Virus record (IMG/VR): IMGVR_UViG_3300045747_000156
Span: 1-62,611 of that record
Strand: one strand, 5' to 3'
DNA length: 62,611 nucleotides
Source of the DNA: a virus
Position numbers and translations under genes: made by a program. Below are positions 49,561 through 57,956 of this stretch, piece after piece. The stretch's first letter is position 1; each line of letters begins with the position of its first letter. The notes beneath the pieces were generated by a model. The model had not been told where the DNA came from and did not search any database. It worked only from the letters and a program-made list of their open reading frames with translations.

Positions 49561-50850
49561 ATGCTTGGATTTGACCCACTCGCAGCGGGGCCGATAAGTT
49601 CCATACCGACCGCTTCAGCACCGTCAGGAAACACGGCAGCTCTCAACAGCAACTCAGCACCGTTCTCACAGAGTCCTCTGAGTGCCGCAATCTCGGTTGC
49701 ACTCAACGGTAACTCTTCAGCGTTCAGTGCAGACGTCCTGACTCCAGCTGCTGGAGGGGTTACCGCAGCATTGTCAGGAAACTCAGCGTCGACGTCTGTT
49801 GGAGCGCTGTTAGCGTCTCTGTCAACCGGTCTCCAACAGCAGAGCTCTACTTCATCTGCTGGACAAATCACCCCAAGTCTTTCACTTGGGTTGGCATCTC
49901 AGACAGTCACCTCTAGTCAGGCTCAGCCATCTCCGTCATTGTCGCTTCAGGTGACTGGGCAGACTGCCACGACGTCTGTATCAAGCCCAACTGCGTCCAT
50001 ATCAACTCCACTGTCTGCACAGACGTCGACATTTGCCGTCGGAGCAGTTACACCAGTTGGTGCGTACTCTGCCCAGTTGACCGCGCAAACGTCAACATTC
50101 TCAACCGCGCAAGTATCTGCAGACTTGTCTGTAGGTATTACCTGGCAGACGTCAACATTTAGCCAAGACCAACTGACGCCAGCTGGCACATTCTCAGCTG
50201 GGTTAGGTTCGCAATCATCGTCATTTGCTGCAGGTCAGCTGACGCCTTCGATAGACGTGCAACTAAATTCTCAGACGTCTGCATTTAACGTGGGTTCTGT
50301 AACGCCGTCTGTTGGCACGTCGGCTTCTCTGACAGCTCAGACATCAGCGTTCTCCCAGTCGCAAGTCACACCTGCAATCAGCGTTCAACTGCAGTCGCAG
50401 ACGTCTGCGTTCAGCTCAGGTACTCTAGGCGTCGGTGGAGATGTAACCTTACAATTGTCTGGAAACACATCATCGTTCTTTGCCGGACAACTCACTCCGG
50501 TCATCGCAGGAACTGGCAAGAGTCACACAAGTCTGTACATCAAGCAAGTCCTTGTTGACTACTACACAGAGGCATTCAAGAGGCCTGAGGTAATAGAGAA
50601 GGTTCGCGCTGAATCATTACGGAAGTCTACCAAGCTGATCCGCCAAGCGGAAGTAGATGATTTGCCAAAGATCGAGGCTCTGATCGAGAAAGCTGAAAAG
50701 GAGCTTGCAGAACAACCTGACGTGGTTGTGGCAAACCTGGTGGAATCCGCGCTAAAATTCAACTCTCTTGTGACAGATTTCAATGACTTCGCCAAAAAGC
50801 GCCGTCAACAGGAAGATCTAGAACTGCTTCTATTTTCAATGGTCCTTTAA
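49561..50850 (+). CDS. Ser/Thr-rich repeat protein (~14 degenerate 20/22-aa repeats) with charged helical C-terminus
   Basis: Repeats of the form QTS(T/A)F(S/A)xxQ(V/L)TPxxxxxxxLxx between about residues 20 and 315. Confidence 0.5.
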   Translation: MLGFDPLAAGPISSIPTASAPSGNTAALNSNSAPFSQSPLSAAISVALNGNSSAFSADVLTPAAGGVTAALSGNSASTSVGALLASLSTGLQQQSSTSSAGQITPSLSLGLASQTVTSSQAQPSPSLSLQVTGQTATTSVSSPTASISTPLSAQTSTFAVGAVTPVGAYSAQLTAQTSTFSTAQVSADLSVGITWQTSTFSQDQLTPAGTFSAGLGSQSSSFAAGQLTPSIDVQLNSQTSAFNVGSVTPSVGTSASLTAQTSAFSQSQVTPAISVQLQSQTSAFSSGTLGVGGDVTLQLSGNTSSFFAGQLTPVIAGTGKSHTSLYIKQVLVDYYTEAFKRPEVIEKVRAESLRKSTKLIRQAEVDDLPKIEALIEKAEKELAEQPDVVVANLVESALKFNSLVTDFNDFAKKRRQQEDLELLLFSMVL

Positions 50851-50859
50851 GGAGTCATC

Positions 50860-51051
50860 ATGGCAAAAGCACCTATCAACCAACACAAAAGCATGGCTAT
50901 GGGAACAAACCCCAAAGTCGGTGGAATCGGATCAATTGACCGGTACGCGCGCGGAGGTTCTGTCAAGGGCATCCCTACCAGCCCCATCACCGATGTCAAA
51001 CGCGGTAACGGCATTCCAGGTATCAAAAAAGGCGGCAAGGTAGGCTGCTAA
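50860..51051 (+). CDS. Small basic Gly-rich protein with two x-[KR]-G-G motifs
   Basis: Strong RBS aaggagtcatc. RYARGGSVKG and C-terminal IKKGGKVGC. Confidence 0.55.
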   Translation: MAKAPINQHKSMAMGTNPKVGGIGSIDRYARGGSVKGIPTSPITDVKRGNGIPGIKKGGKVGC

Positions 51052-51228
51052 GTGTTTGAAAAGTATCTCAAGACGCTAATTGAGCGTCGAGACGAGTTGC
51101 AAGAAGCGGTGTTCACACATCCACCAAGCAACTGGGACGAGTTCCAAAAGCGGTTAGGCCGCTGGATAGAGCTCAATTTCTTAATCGATGACATCTCAGG
51201 AAAGATGAAGGACGAAGACAATGGCTAA
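51052..51228 (+). CDS. Micro-ORF (58 aa, GTG start)
   Basis: VFEKYLKTLIERRDELQEAVFTHPPSNWDEFQKRLGRWIELNFLIDDISGKMKDEDNG. Starts immediately after the upstream TAA and overlaps the next ATG. Confidence 0.4.
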   Translation: MFEKYLKTLIERRDELQEAVFTHPPSNWDEFQKRLGRWIELNFLIDDISGKMKDEDNG

Positions 51229-51436
51229 ATTCAAAATCACTTACACATCCGGTCTCACTGAAGAAGTTGACCTGACAGACGCCAACACGGTGGATGAGTG
51301 CATTTCCACAAAGTTCGGTATTGATGCCGCAGCAGTTGCAGAGCATGGAACCACGGTCGAATTGGTGGCTGAAGAAGCCGCCGAAGCTGTGGTTGAGGCC
51401 GAACCAGTCGCCGCTGAAGAAACACCCGCCGAGTAA
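51221..51436 (+). CDS. Small acidic protein
   Basis: 71 aa. C-terminus VAEEAAEAVVEAEPVAAEETPAE. Confidence 0.5.
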   Translation: MAKFKITYTSGLTEEVDLTDANTVDECISTKFGIDAAAVAEHGTTVELVAEEAAEAVVEAEPVAAEETPAE

Positions 51437-51490
51437 TCGGCCAGCTCCCGGGACTGATTCCCGGTAACAAAGCATTGCTGAAGGAGCATT

Positions 51491-51967
51491 ATGAGCTTTG
51501 CAGACTCCCTTGAAATCACCGATCAATTGCCAGGTGTAAACCCCTATTCCACAGGGTTTGAAGCCGAAGGCACCATGGAAGAATTCTTCCCTGACGGTAT
51601 TGACCCAGGATTTACCCCGTTTGGCAGCCGTGTCGTGGTGCAGCTGCGCCGCGTCAAGAACGCAACCAAGAGCGGCATCATCCTGTCCACCTCCACCAAA
51701 GAGACCGAAGCCTGGAATACACAGGTTGCTCGTCTTGTCAAGGTCGGTCCTCTGGCATTCAAGAAGCGCGATAGCGGCGAAGAATGGCCTGAAGGCATCT
51801 GGGCAAAAATCGGAGACTTCGTTCGAGTACCTCGCTGGGGTGGTGATCGCTGGTCTGTGAAAGCAGACGACAAACTGTCTGACGTTGTGTTCCTCACGTT
51901 AAACGATCATGAGCTCATCGGTCGTGTTGACGGCGATCCCCTGAAAGTGCGTGCGTATGTTCTTTAA
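51491..51967 (+). CDS. GroES (Cpn10)-like co-chaperonin with ~45-aa N-terminal extension
   Basis: FTPFGSRVVVQLRRVKNATKSGIILSTSTKETEAWNTQVARLVKVG...AKIGDFVRVPRWGG...FLTLNDHELIGRVD aligns with GroES [42 protein letters not shown]...VKVGDIVIF...LIMSESDILAIVE. Confidence 0.65.
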   Translation: MSFADSLEITDQLPGVNPYSTGFEAEGTMEEFFPDGIDPGFTPFGSRVVVQLRRVKNATKSGIILSTSTKETEAWNTQVARLVKVGPLAFKKRDSGEEWPEGIWAKIGDFVRVPRWGGDRWSVKADDKLSDVVFLTLNDHELIGRVDGDPLKVRAYVL

Positions 51968-52280
51968 GAAAGGACCTGTCGTCACCGCTGAGCTAGCCGA
52001 GAGCTTGGTTGCAGGCATTGACTACTATTTGGTTCCGTCAACAACTCTAATGAATTGCACGCTGCGCTTGAAGAACGGTTTTGCCGTTGTCGGCACCTCA
52101 GCGTGCCTACCAACAACCAACTTCGACCTGAAGGTTGGCATGGAGTGGTCCCGCAAGGACGCCATTTCCAAACTCATGAACTTGCTTGCATTCCAGGCAA
52201 ATGACATGATGACAAACGGGGCTGTTCACGCGGCTATTCTTACAACACTCGATGCACTGAAGGAGAGCAAAGATGAGTGA
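51957..52280 (+). CDS. N4 gp49 / Sf6 gp66-family-like protein
   Basis: VTAELAESLVAGIDYYLVPSTTLMNCTLRLKNGFAVVGTSACLPTTNFDLKVGMEWSRKDAISKL fits my recollection of the Phage_gp49_66 family. Confidence 0.5.
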   Translation: MFFKKGPVVTAELAESLVAGIDYYLVPSTTLMNCTLRLKNGFAVVGTSACLPTTNFDLKVGMEWSRKDAISKLMNLLAFQANDMMTNGAVHAAILTTLDALKESKDE

Positions 52281-53277
52281 TCTGACAACAGTAGGTGATG
52301 TGGATCTAGCATCCTCATCTCCAGAAGATGAACGCCAGCTTGAAAAAGAGCTCGGTGTAGGCGAAGATCAACCGCGTAAAAGCGAAAGCCAGGACGACGG
52401 CGATGATCATGAAGATGATGACCGCTCGACCAAAGGCGACCAAGAACTTGACGATGCCCAAGACGACGCGGCTCGTGAGGCCATCAAAGAACGCCGCCGC
52501 AATGAGCGCCAGCGCCGCAAGCAGAACCGTGTTGAAAAGGTGGAAACACTGGAACGCTCAGTTGAAAGTCTTGCAGCTCAAAACCGCAAGATGGCTGAAG
52601 AGCTGATGCGCCTGACGCAAAGCGACTCATCGGCAAAACTCGGTCAGTTGGACGCGGCCATCAGTGAAGCCGATAGCGTCTTCAACCACTATAAGACTTT
52701 GCACGCTGAAGCTGTTACCAAATCTGATGGCGCAACTGCTGCCCAGGCCATGGACCTCATGCTCAAGGCTCGTGATCGCCATACCCAATTGACTGGTGTC
52801 AAAGAATCTTTTGTGCAGTCGTCTCGCCAACCAGCTCCCATCGATCCTCGCGTTCGCAAGTCAGCCTCTGATTTTGCAGCCAAGAATGCCTGGTACAAAG
52901 GCCCACAAGCTGCGGATCCTGACAGTCAGGTCATGACGATGCTTGACAACTCTATCGCTCGTGAGGGCTTCGACCCGACATCGCAAGAGTATTGGTCTGA
53001 ACTTGAATCTCGCGCCAAGAAATATCTTCCACATCGTTTTAGCGCCACAAATAGTGGTGACCAAGATGATGGCTATAATCGCTCACAAGAACGCAAACCT
53101 CGCACTCCGGTGGCCGGAGCGAGCCAGCGTGGAAGTCAGTCATCTGATTCTGAAGGGGGCTTTAAGCTGTCAACTGAACGTGTGAAGGCAATGAAAGAGG
53201 CAGGCATTTGGGATGATCCCGCGCGCCGCCAGAAAATGATTGCCAGCTACCGCAAAATCGATCGTGACAACGCTTAA
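52273..53277 (+). CDS. Putative scaffolding protein
   Basis: Acidic N-terminus (SESQDDGDDHEDDDRS), basic coiled coil (KERRRNERQRRKQNRVEKVETLERSVESLAAQNRKMAEELMRL). Located upstream of the capsid gene. Confidence 0.55.
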   Translation: MSDLTTVGDVDLASSSPEDERQLEKELGVGEDQPRKSESQDDGDDHEDDDRSTKGDQELDDAQDDAAREAIKERRRNERQRRKQNRVEKVETLERSVESLAAQNRKMAEELMRLTQSDSSAKLGQLDAAISEADSVFNHYKTLHAEAVTKSDGATAAQAMDLMLKARDRHTQLTGVKESFVQSSRQPAPIDPRVRKSASDFAAKNAWYKGPQAADPDSQVMTMLDNSIAREGFDPTSQEYWSELESRAKKYLPHRFSATNSGDQDDGYNRSQERKPRTPVAGASQRGSQSSDSEGGFKLSTERVKAMKEAGIWDDPARRQKMIASYRKIDRDNA

Positions 53278-53294
53278 ACTCTTGGAGAATCAAC

Positions 53295-53873
53295 ATGGCT
53301 AAAAATCAAACTTCCACATCTGACGACCGTTTGCGTCGGGATCAAGCTCCTACCGTGCGTGGGGAGCGTAGCGTCGTTGAAGACGCTGCACGCACAAATG
53401 AGACCGGGTTGATCGATGATCTCAGCGAGCTGAATAAATTGCTTGCGAGTGAGTTTGATCAGGTGGCGTTGCCAACGCCCCCTCAGATTCCGGGTTGGCA
53501 TGTTTGCTGGTTAACAACCGGTTCTACGTATGACAGCGTGCAAAAACGCCAGCGGTTGGGATATATCCCTGTGACTGCGGCTGATGTTCCTGGATTCGAG
53601 ACTGGTGGTCCTGCTTCGGCTCAGTTTGAGGGCGCGATTACTTGCAACGAGATGATCCTGTTCAAAATTCAGGAACCTCGTTATCAGGCAATCATGAAGA
53701 TGTTCCATCACCAACGTCCGTTGGATGAAGAGAACAGCATCTACGAACGGATCCAGGCACAAACCAGTGAAGAAGACAGCTCCGGAAACCAACTGGGTAA
53801 ACCAGAAGGTGACGGTTTCACACAACTCGGCAAGAATATCGAGCGGGCCCGGTCGGGAGCCCCTCAGTTTTAG
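53295..53873 (+). CDS. Hypothetical head-module protein
   Basis: 192-aa ORF between scaffold and capsid. Motif PQIPGWHVCWLTTGSTYDSVQKRQRLGYIPV. Confidence 0.45.
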   Translation: MAKNQTSTSDDRLRRDQAPTVRGERSVVEDAARTNETGLIDDLSELNKLLASEFDQVALPTPPQIPGWHVCWLTTGSTYDSVQKRQRLGYIPVTAADVPGFETGGPASAQFEGAITCNEMILFKIQEPRYQAIMKMFHHQRPLDEENSIYERIQAQTSEEDSSGNQLGKPEGDGFTQLGKNIERARSGAPQF

Positions 53874-53897
53874 CCGTAATCCGCAAGGAGAAGATCT

Positions 53898-54461
53898 ATG
53901 AGCGCAACTAGTGCACCGTTTGGTCTCCGTCCCGTTTACCATCCTTCTGGATTGGAACGTGCTCGTGAGTACTCCATGTTGGCCGCTTACGCAACGCCTA
54001 TTTACAAGAATAGTCCTGTTGCTCTGGTGTCCAATAACATCAACATTGCAGCTTTTCAAGCTGACTTCCTGGGTTCGTTTGATGGTGTCACTTATACTGA
54101 CTCCACCGGCAAGCCAACCGTATCGAACTTCTGGCCAGGCGCTTTGACAGGTGCAACCAACATCACAGCGTGGGTGTGGGATGATCCTCTGACAGTGTTT
54201 GAAATCCAGGCCAACGGCTCCATTGCCCAAAGCGCCGGCCGTCAGATCGATCTAGATTCCGGCTCCATTGCTTCTGGCTCTGCTGCAACAGGTCTCAGCA
54301 CCGCCATGGCAGCCTCTGCTTTGGTTGGCGCCGGTACACAAGCTCAGCTCCGCGTTGTGGACGTCAATCTGGCGCCTACCAATGCTTGGGGTGATGCTTT
54401 CACCGTTCTTCAAGTAACCATTGCGCGTCACCAGTTCGTGACAAGCAAAGTATCCGTCTAA
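53898..54461 (+). CDS. Hypothetical head-module protein (possible decoration or minor capsid protein)
   Basis: 187-aa ORF immediately upstream of the major capsid gene. RBS ggagaagatct. Confidence 0.4.
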   Translation: MSATSAPFGLRPVYHPSGLERAREYSMLAAYATPIYKNSPVALVSNNINIAAFQADFLGSFDGVTYTDSTGKPTVSNFWPGALTGATNITAWVWDDPLTVFEIQANGSIAQSAGRQIDLDSGSIASGSAATGLSTAMAASALVGAGTQAQLRVVDVNLAPTNAWGDAFTVLQVTIARHQFVTSKVSV

Positions 54462-54475
54462 GGAGTAACAGGATC

Positions 54476-55588
54476 ATGAAAAAACTTCTCAACTCCTTTG
54501 GCTTTATGTTGGTTGTGGTTCTGACCACGGTCTTCAGCTTTGCCGCAGTTGTCGCCCCTGAAGCGGTGATGCCAACCTTCTCCGAGTTTGCTCCTCTTGC
54601 TGGCGTCGCCCTTCTGGTCGGTGCAGCTTTGGGTGGTCTTGGTGCCTGGTTGAACCCTTCCAGTCTGATGAGCGCGGCTGCTCCTATGCGCAGCCAAGAC
54701 TTCCGCGCGATTGTTGAACCCATCTTGAATGAAGCATTCGACGGTGTGTACGACCAACGCAAGGACGAGTGGAAACAGATCTTCAAGGAACGTGACGGCA
54801 TTGCGCGTGCGTACCACGAAGAGCCTGTGATGTATGGTTTCGGAACAGCACCGCAATTGCCTGATGGCCAAGCTGTTACGTACCAACAGGGTGGTGTGTT
54901 GTTCAATCAACGTTACTACTACCAAGTGTTCGGTCTGGCTTACGCCTTGACCAAAGTGCTGGTGGAAGACGGCGATCACATCCGTATCGGTCGCATCTTT
55001 GCAGAACACTTGGCTCAATCTCTGGTGGAAACACAAGAGACTCTGGCAGCCAACATTTTGAACCGTGCGTTCAACGCTTCCTACACCTTCGGCGATGGCG
55101 TGTCTTTGACAAACACCTCTCACCCGATCGTTGGTGGCTCGTTCTCCAACCGCTTGGCAGTGGATGCTGCTCTGAGCCAGACTTCTCTGGAACAGATGTT
55201 GATCCAAATCCGCAAGTCTGTGGACAACACCGGCAAGAAGATTCGTCTGGAGCCCAAGAAATTGGTGGTTGCTCCTGACAACATCTTCCAAGCTGAAGTG
55301 CTGTTGAAATCTGTGCTGCGCGCAGGTACAAACAACAACGACATCAACCCAGTGAAATCCATGGGTGTGTTGGATGCAGATCCGGCAGTCTTGTCTCGTT
55401 TGACCTCGCCTACAGCCTGGTGGATCCAGACTAACGCGCCTCGTGGTTTGAACATGATGATGCGCCGCCGCTTGGAGAAATCCATGGAAGGTGACTTCGA
55501 GACTGACTCCATGCGCTACAAGGCCACCATGCGTTACATCCCTGGTGTGACCGATCCTCGTGCCGTGTTCGGTACCGCAGGCGCCTAA
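54476..55588 (+). CDS. Major capsid protein (HK97-fold type, by position, size and expression signals) with hydrophobic ~60-aa N-terminal extension
   Basis: Strong RBS aaggagtaacaggatc and a strong terminator downstream. The core starts near RSQDFRAIVEPILNEAFDGVYDQRKDEWKQIF. The N-terminus has two TM-like segments. Confidence 0.65.
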   Translation: MKKLLNSFGFMLVVVLTTVFSFAAVVAPEAVMPTFSEFAPLAGVALLVGAALGGLGAWLNPSSLMSAAAPMRSQDFRAIVEPILNEAFDGVYDQRKDEWKQIFKERDGIARAYHEEPVMYGFGTAPQLPDGQAVTYQQGGVLFNQRYYYQVFGLAYALTKVLVEDGDHIRIGRIFAEHLAQSLVETQETLAANILNRAFNASYTFGDGVSLTNTSHPIVGGSFSNRLAVDAALSQTSLEQMLIQIRKSVDNTGKKIRLEPKKLVVAPDNIFQAEVLLKSVLRAGTNNNDINPVKSMGVLDADPAVLSRLTSPTAWWIQTNAPRGLNMMMRRRLEKSMEGDFETDSMRYKATMRYIPGVTDPRAVFGTAGA

Positions 55589-55602
55589 TCAGCGCTAAAC
55601 AT

Positions 55603-55625
55603 CCCGGGGCTTCGGCCCCGGTTTC
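55603..55625 (+). terminator. Rho-independent terminator after the capsid gene
   Basis: CCGGGGC-TTCG-GCCCCGG followed by TTTCGT. Confidence 0.8.
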
Positions 55626-55657
55626 GTATCCCGGTCAAGCTTTTCAAGGAGAAGACC

Positions 55658-56386
55658 ATGCAAGTTTCTGATGACATCCGTCTAGGTCCAGTCAATCTTC
55701 CAAATAACATCAATGCAGGTCCATCTCCGATGGAACTCGGTGTTGGCCCCATGGGTCGCGTCTACGTGTTCGACGTGGTTCCAGTGACAGCAAATACTGC
55801 TGGCATTGCTGCTTCGCAGACTCCAGGCGCCGCAGGCAATCTGACTTTGACCGCAGGCACTGGCGCAACGGCGGCAACACGCGGCGACGGCACTTCAGCA
55901 ATCGCATTGGACACTCCTCGCTGTGTCACAGTGACTGCAGCTGGCGCCAATACAGCTACATTCACGATCTATGGCTTCGACCAGTACGGCCAGGCCATGA
56001 GCCAGTTGATCGCCGCTCCTTCAACAAGCACTGTTGCCACCACCAAAGCCTTTGCCCAAGTGACGCGTATTGCAATCTCCGGTGCTGCCGGTTCTGCAAT
56101 CACAGCTGGTTTCAATGACAAACTTGGTTTGCCGTTCCGTGTAACTGATGCAGGTTACGTGGCCGGTGTCAAGTGGGCCGGCGCATTTGCAACCGATGCC
56201 GGCACGTTTGTCGCGGCTGATACAACCAGCCCAGCCACTACGTCCACTACTGACGTGCGCGGCTGCTACACACCGTCGTCTGCGTCCAACGGCGCACGCC
56301 GCTTGGTCATGCTGATTGCGTTGGCTGGTATAGCAGCAGGCCCCAATGCTACCCGCCTTGGTGCTGGTGGTGTTGACCAAGTCTAA
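55658..56386 (+). CDS. Hypothetical virion structural protein
   Basis: 242-aa Ala/Thr/Gly-rich ORF. RBS aaggagaagacc. Confidence 0.45.
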   Translation: MQVSDDIRLGPVNLPNNINAGPSPMELGVGPMGRVYVFDVVPVTANTAGIAASQTPGAAGNLTLTAGTGATAATRGDGTSAIALDTPRCVTVTAAGANTATFTIYGFDQYGQAMSQLIAAPSTSTVATTKAFAQVTRIAISGAAGSAITAGFNDKLGLPFRVTDAGYVAGVKWAGAFATDAGTFVAADTTSPATTSTTDVRGCYTPSSASNGARRLVMLIALAGIAAGPNATRLGAGGVDQV

Positions 56387-56403
56387 CCATCTAAGAAGCC
56401 GTA

Positions 56404-57405
56404 ATGACCTCCACCACCTCAGGGACGGTGGGTCTTACCACAGTTGACGTCACAACTGCCATCGAGCATGCGTTTCGTCGCTGTGGGAAGATGCCATCAA
56501 CGGTGTCTAGTGAGCAACAGCTGGCGGCAAAGGAATCACTGTTTTTCCTGTTGACTGATCTCGTCAATGATGGCGTCAGTCTGTGGTGCATTCAAAAGGT
56601 ATGCATACCACTATCTACCGGTAAAGCTGTGTACATTCTGCCGCCAGGCACGAGTGACGTCTTAAGCTCCACATATAAAACGCAGACGGCGCTGTCAGGC
56701 TCCACAATAACTGGCGCCGGGTACCAAGGCCTTTCTTTTACTGTTGCGACGTCGCCGACTAACGTCCAGGTTGCGTTCTCAACTGCGTCTCAACCGGCTC
56801 TGGTTGTGGAATCATCTCAAGACAATACCACATGGGTGCAGGTTGCAGCGTTTGACAAGCAGCAGTCTACTTTGCCTGCCGGCTCAGCCATCGCTGAGGA
56901 CATCGATAATTCCATCCCAGCTCTGTACTGGAGGGTCCGAGACACCTCAGGAACGCTTCCGTCTGTATCCTCCTTGGTCTTCAGTAGTAACCCATCTGAG
57001 GTTCCCATGACGCCTTTCAACAGGGATGATTACTTCTCTCTGCCGAACAAGACGTCTCAGGCCTCGAAGTCCCTGCAATACTGGTTTGACAAGCAACTAT
57101 CTCCACAAATGTGGTTGTGGCCTGTTCCGTCAACCGCAGACCAGATGGTTGTGGAATACCACCGACAAATCCAAGACGTTGGATCATTCAGTAATCTGCT
57201 GGAAGTACCTCAGCGCTGGTACGAGTACGTGATTTACGCACTGGCGGAAAAGGTGGGGCTTGAATTGCCCACCGGTGAGCTTCCACCAGGCAGGTTAGAA
57301 TACCTTGGTGCAAAGGCTGAGTATCACTCTCAGCGTGCTTCCGACGGTGAATCTGATGGTGCACCAATCAAGTTGCAGCCCTCGATCAGAGGATACACGC
57401 GATGA
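56404..57405 (+). CDS. Hypothetical virion structural protein (possible head-tail joining)
   Basis: 333-aa ORF downstream of the capsid module. Confidence 0.4.
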   Translation: MTSTTSGTVGLTTVDVTTAIEHAFRRCGKMPSTVSSEQQLAAKESLFFLLTDLVNDGVSLWCIQKVCIPLSTGKAVYILPPGTSDVLSSTYKTQTALSGSTITGAGYQGLSFTVATSPTNVQVAFSTASQPALVVESSQDNTTWVQVAAFDKQQSTLPAGSAIAEDIDNSIPALYWRVRDTSGTLPSVSSLVFSSNPSEVPMTPFNRDDYFSLPNKTSQASKSLQYWFDKQLSPQMWLWPVPSTADQMVVEYHRQIQDVGSFSNLLEVPQRWYEYVIYALAEKVGLELPTGELPPGRLEYLGAKAEYHSQRASDGESDGAPIKLQPSIRGYTR

Positions 57406-57626
57406 GCAGGTGGCTAAACACTCTAGGCGATAAGACTCTGTCTATAGCAGTCTGTGACCGGTGCAAATTCAAAGTCAAACTGTCCAGCTTGGTCAGTGAT
57501 CCAAATGCTCAGGGTCTTCGTGTATGCGAAACCTGCGCAGACGAATTCGATCCTTGGAGACTGCCGATGAGGGCGTCAGACAAGATCACCATTGAATACC
57601 CAAGGCCTGAAGAGCCACTTTTGTAG
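57402..57626 (+). CDS. Small zinc-ribbon protein
   Basis: CDRCKF...VCETCADEF. ATGA overlap with the upstream gene. Confidence 0.5.
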   Translation: MSRWLNTLGDKTLSIAVCDRCKFKVKLSSLVSDPNAQGLRVCETCADEFDPWRLPMRASDKITIEYPRPEEPLL

Positions 57627-57635
57627 GAGTCCGCC

Positions 57636-57953
57636 ATGCGCCCAGCAGTACTTAGTTCCACAACCACAGGCACAACAGCTTGGCTCCCTCTAGACATCAC
57701 CGAGAACCCATCAAGCTTGGCCATCGGTGTCACCATCTCGGCAACCGCGTCGTACGGCGTTGAATACACGTATGACGACCCATTTGTCACTTCACCAGCT
57801 CCAGTAGCTTTTGGCTTCTTGACTGGAATCCCATCTGGGACAACCACCAATAAGGAACACGTTTCAACTACCCCAGTGCGCGCAGTTCGTCTGAATATCG
57901 CATCGAACACTGGGACTGTGAAACTCACGGCATTGACCGGCTTGGGAGGTTAA
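57636..57953 (+). CDS. Hypothetical small structural protein
   Basis: 105-aa ORF. Confidence 0.45.
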   Translation: MRPAVLSSTTTGTTAWLPLDITENPSSLAIGVTISATASYGVEYTYDDPFVTSPAPVAFGFLTGIPSGTTTNKEHVSTTPVRAVRLNIASNTGTVKLTALTGLGG

Positions 57954-57956
57954 CCA

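Noticed and set aside
48963-49871. 302-aa minus-strand ORF
   Set aside because: It is antisense to the Gly-rich and Ser/Thr-repeat genes in a uniformly plus-strand late arm. Its Pro/Ala-rich sequence is the mirror image of GGN/GCN codon runs, and it has no RBS.
54458-55291. 277-aa minus-strand ORF opposite the capsid gene
   Set aside because: The plus-strand ORF has a strong RBS, a terminator and a capsid-like sequence. The antisense frame has no supporting signal.
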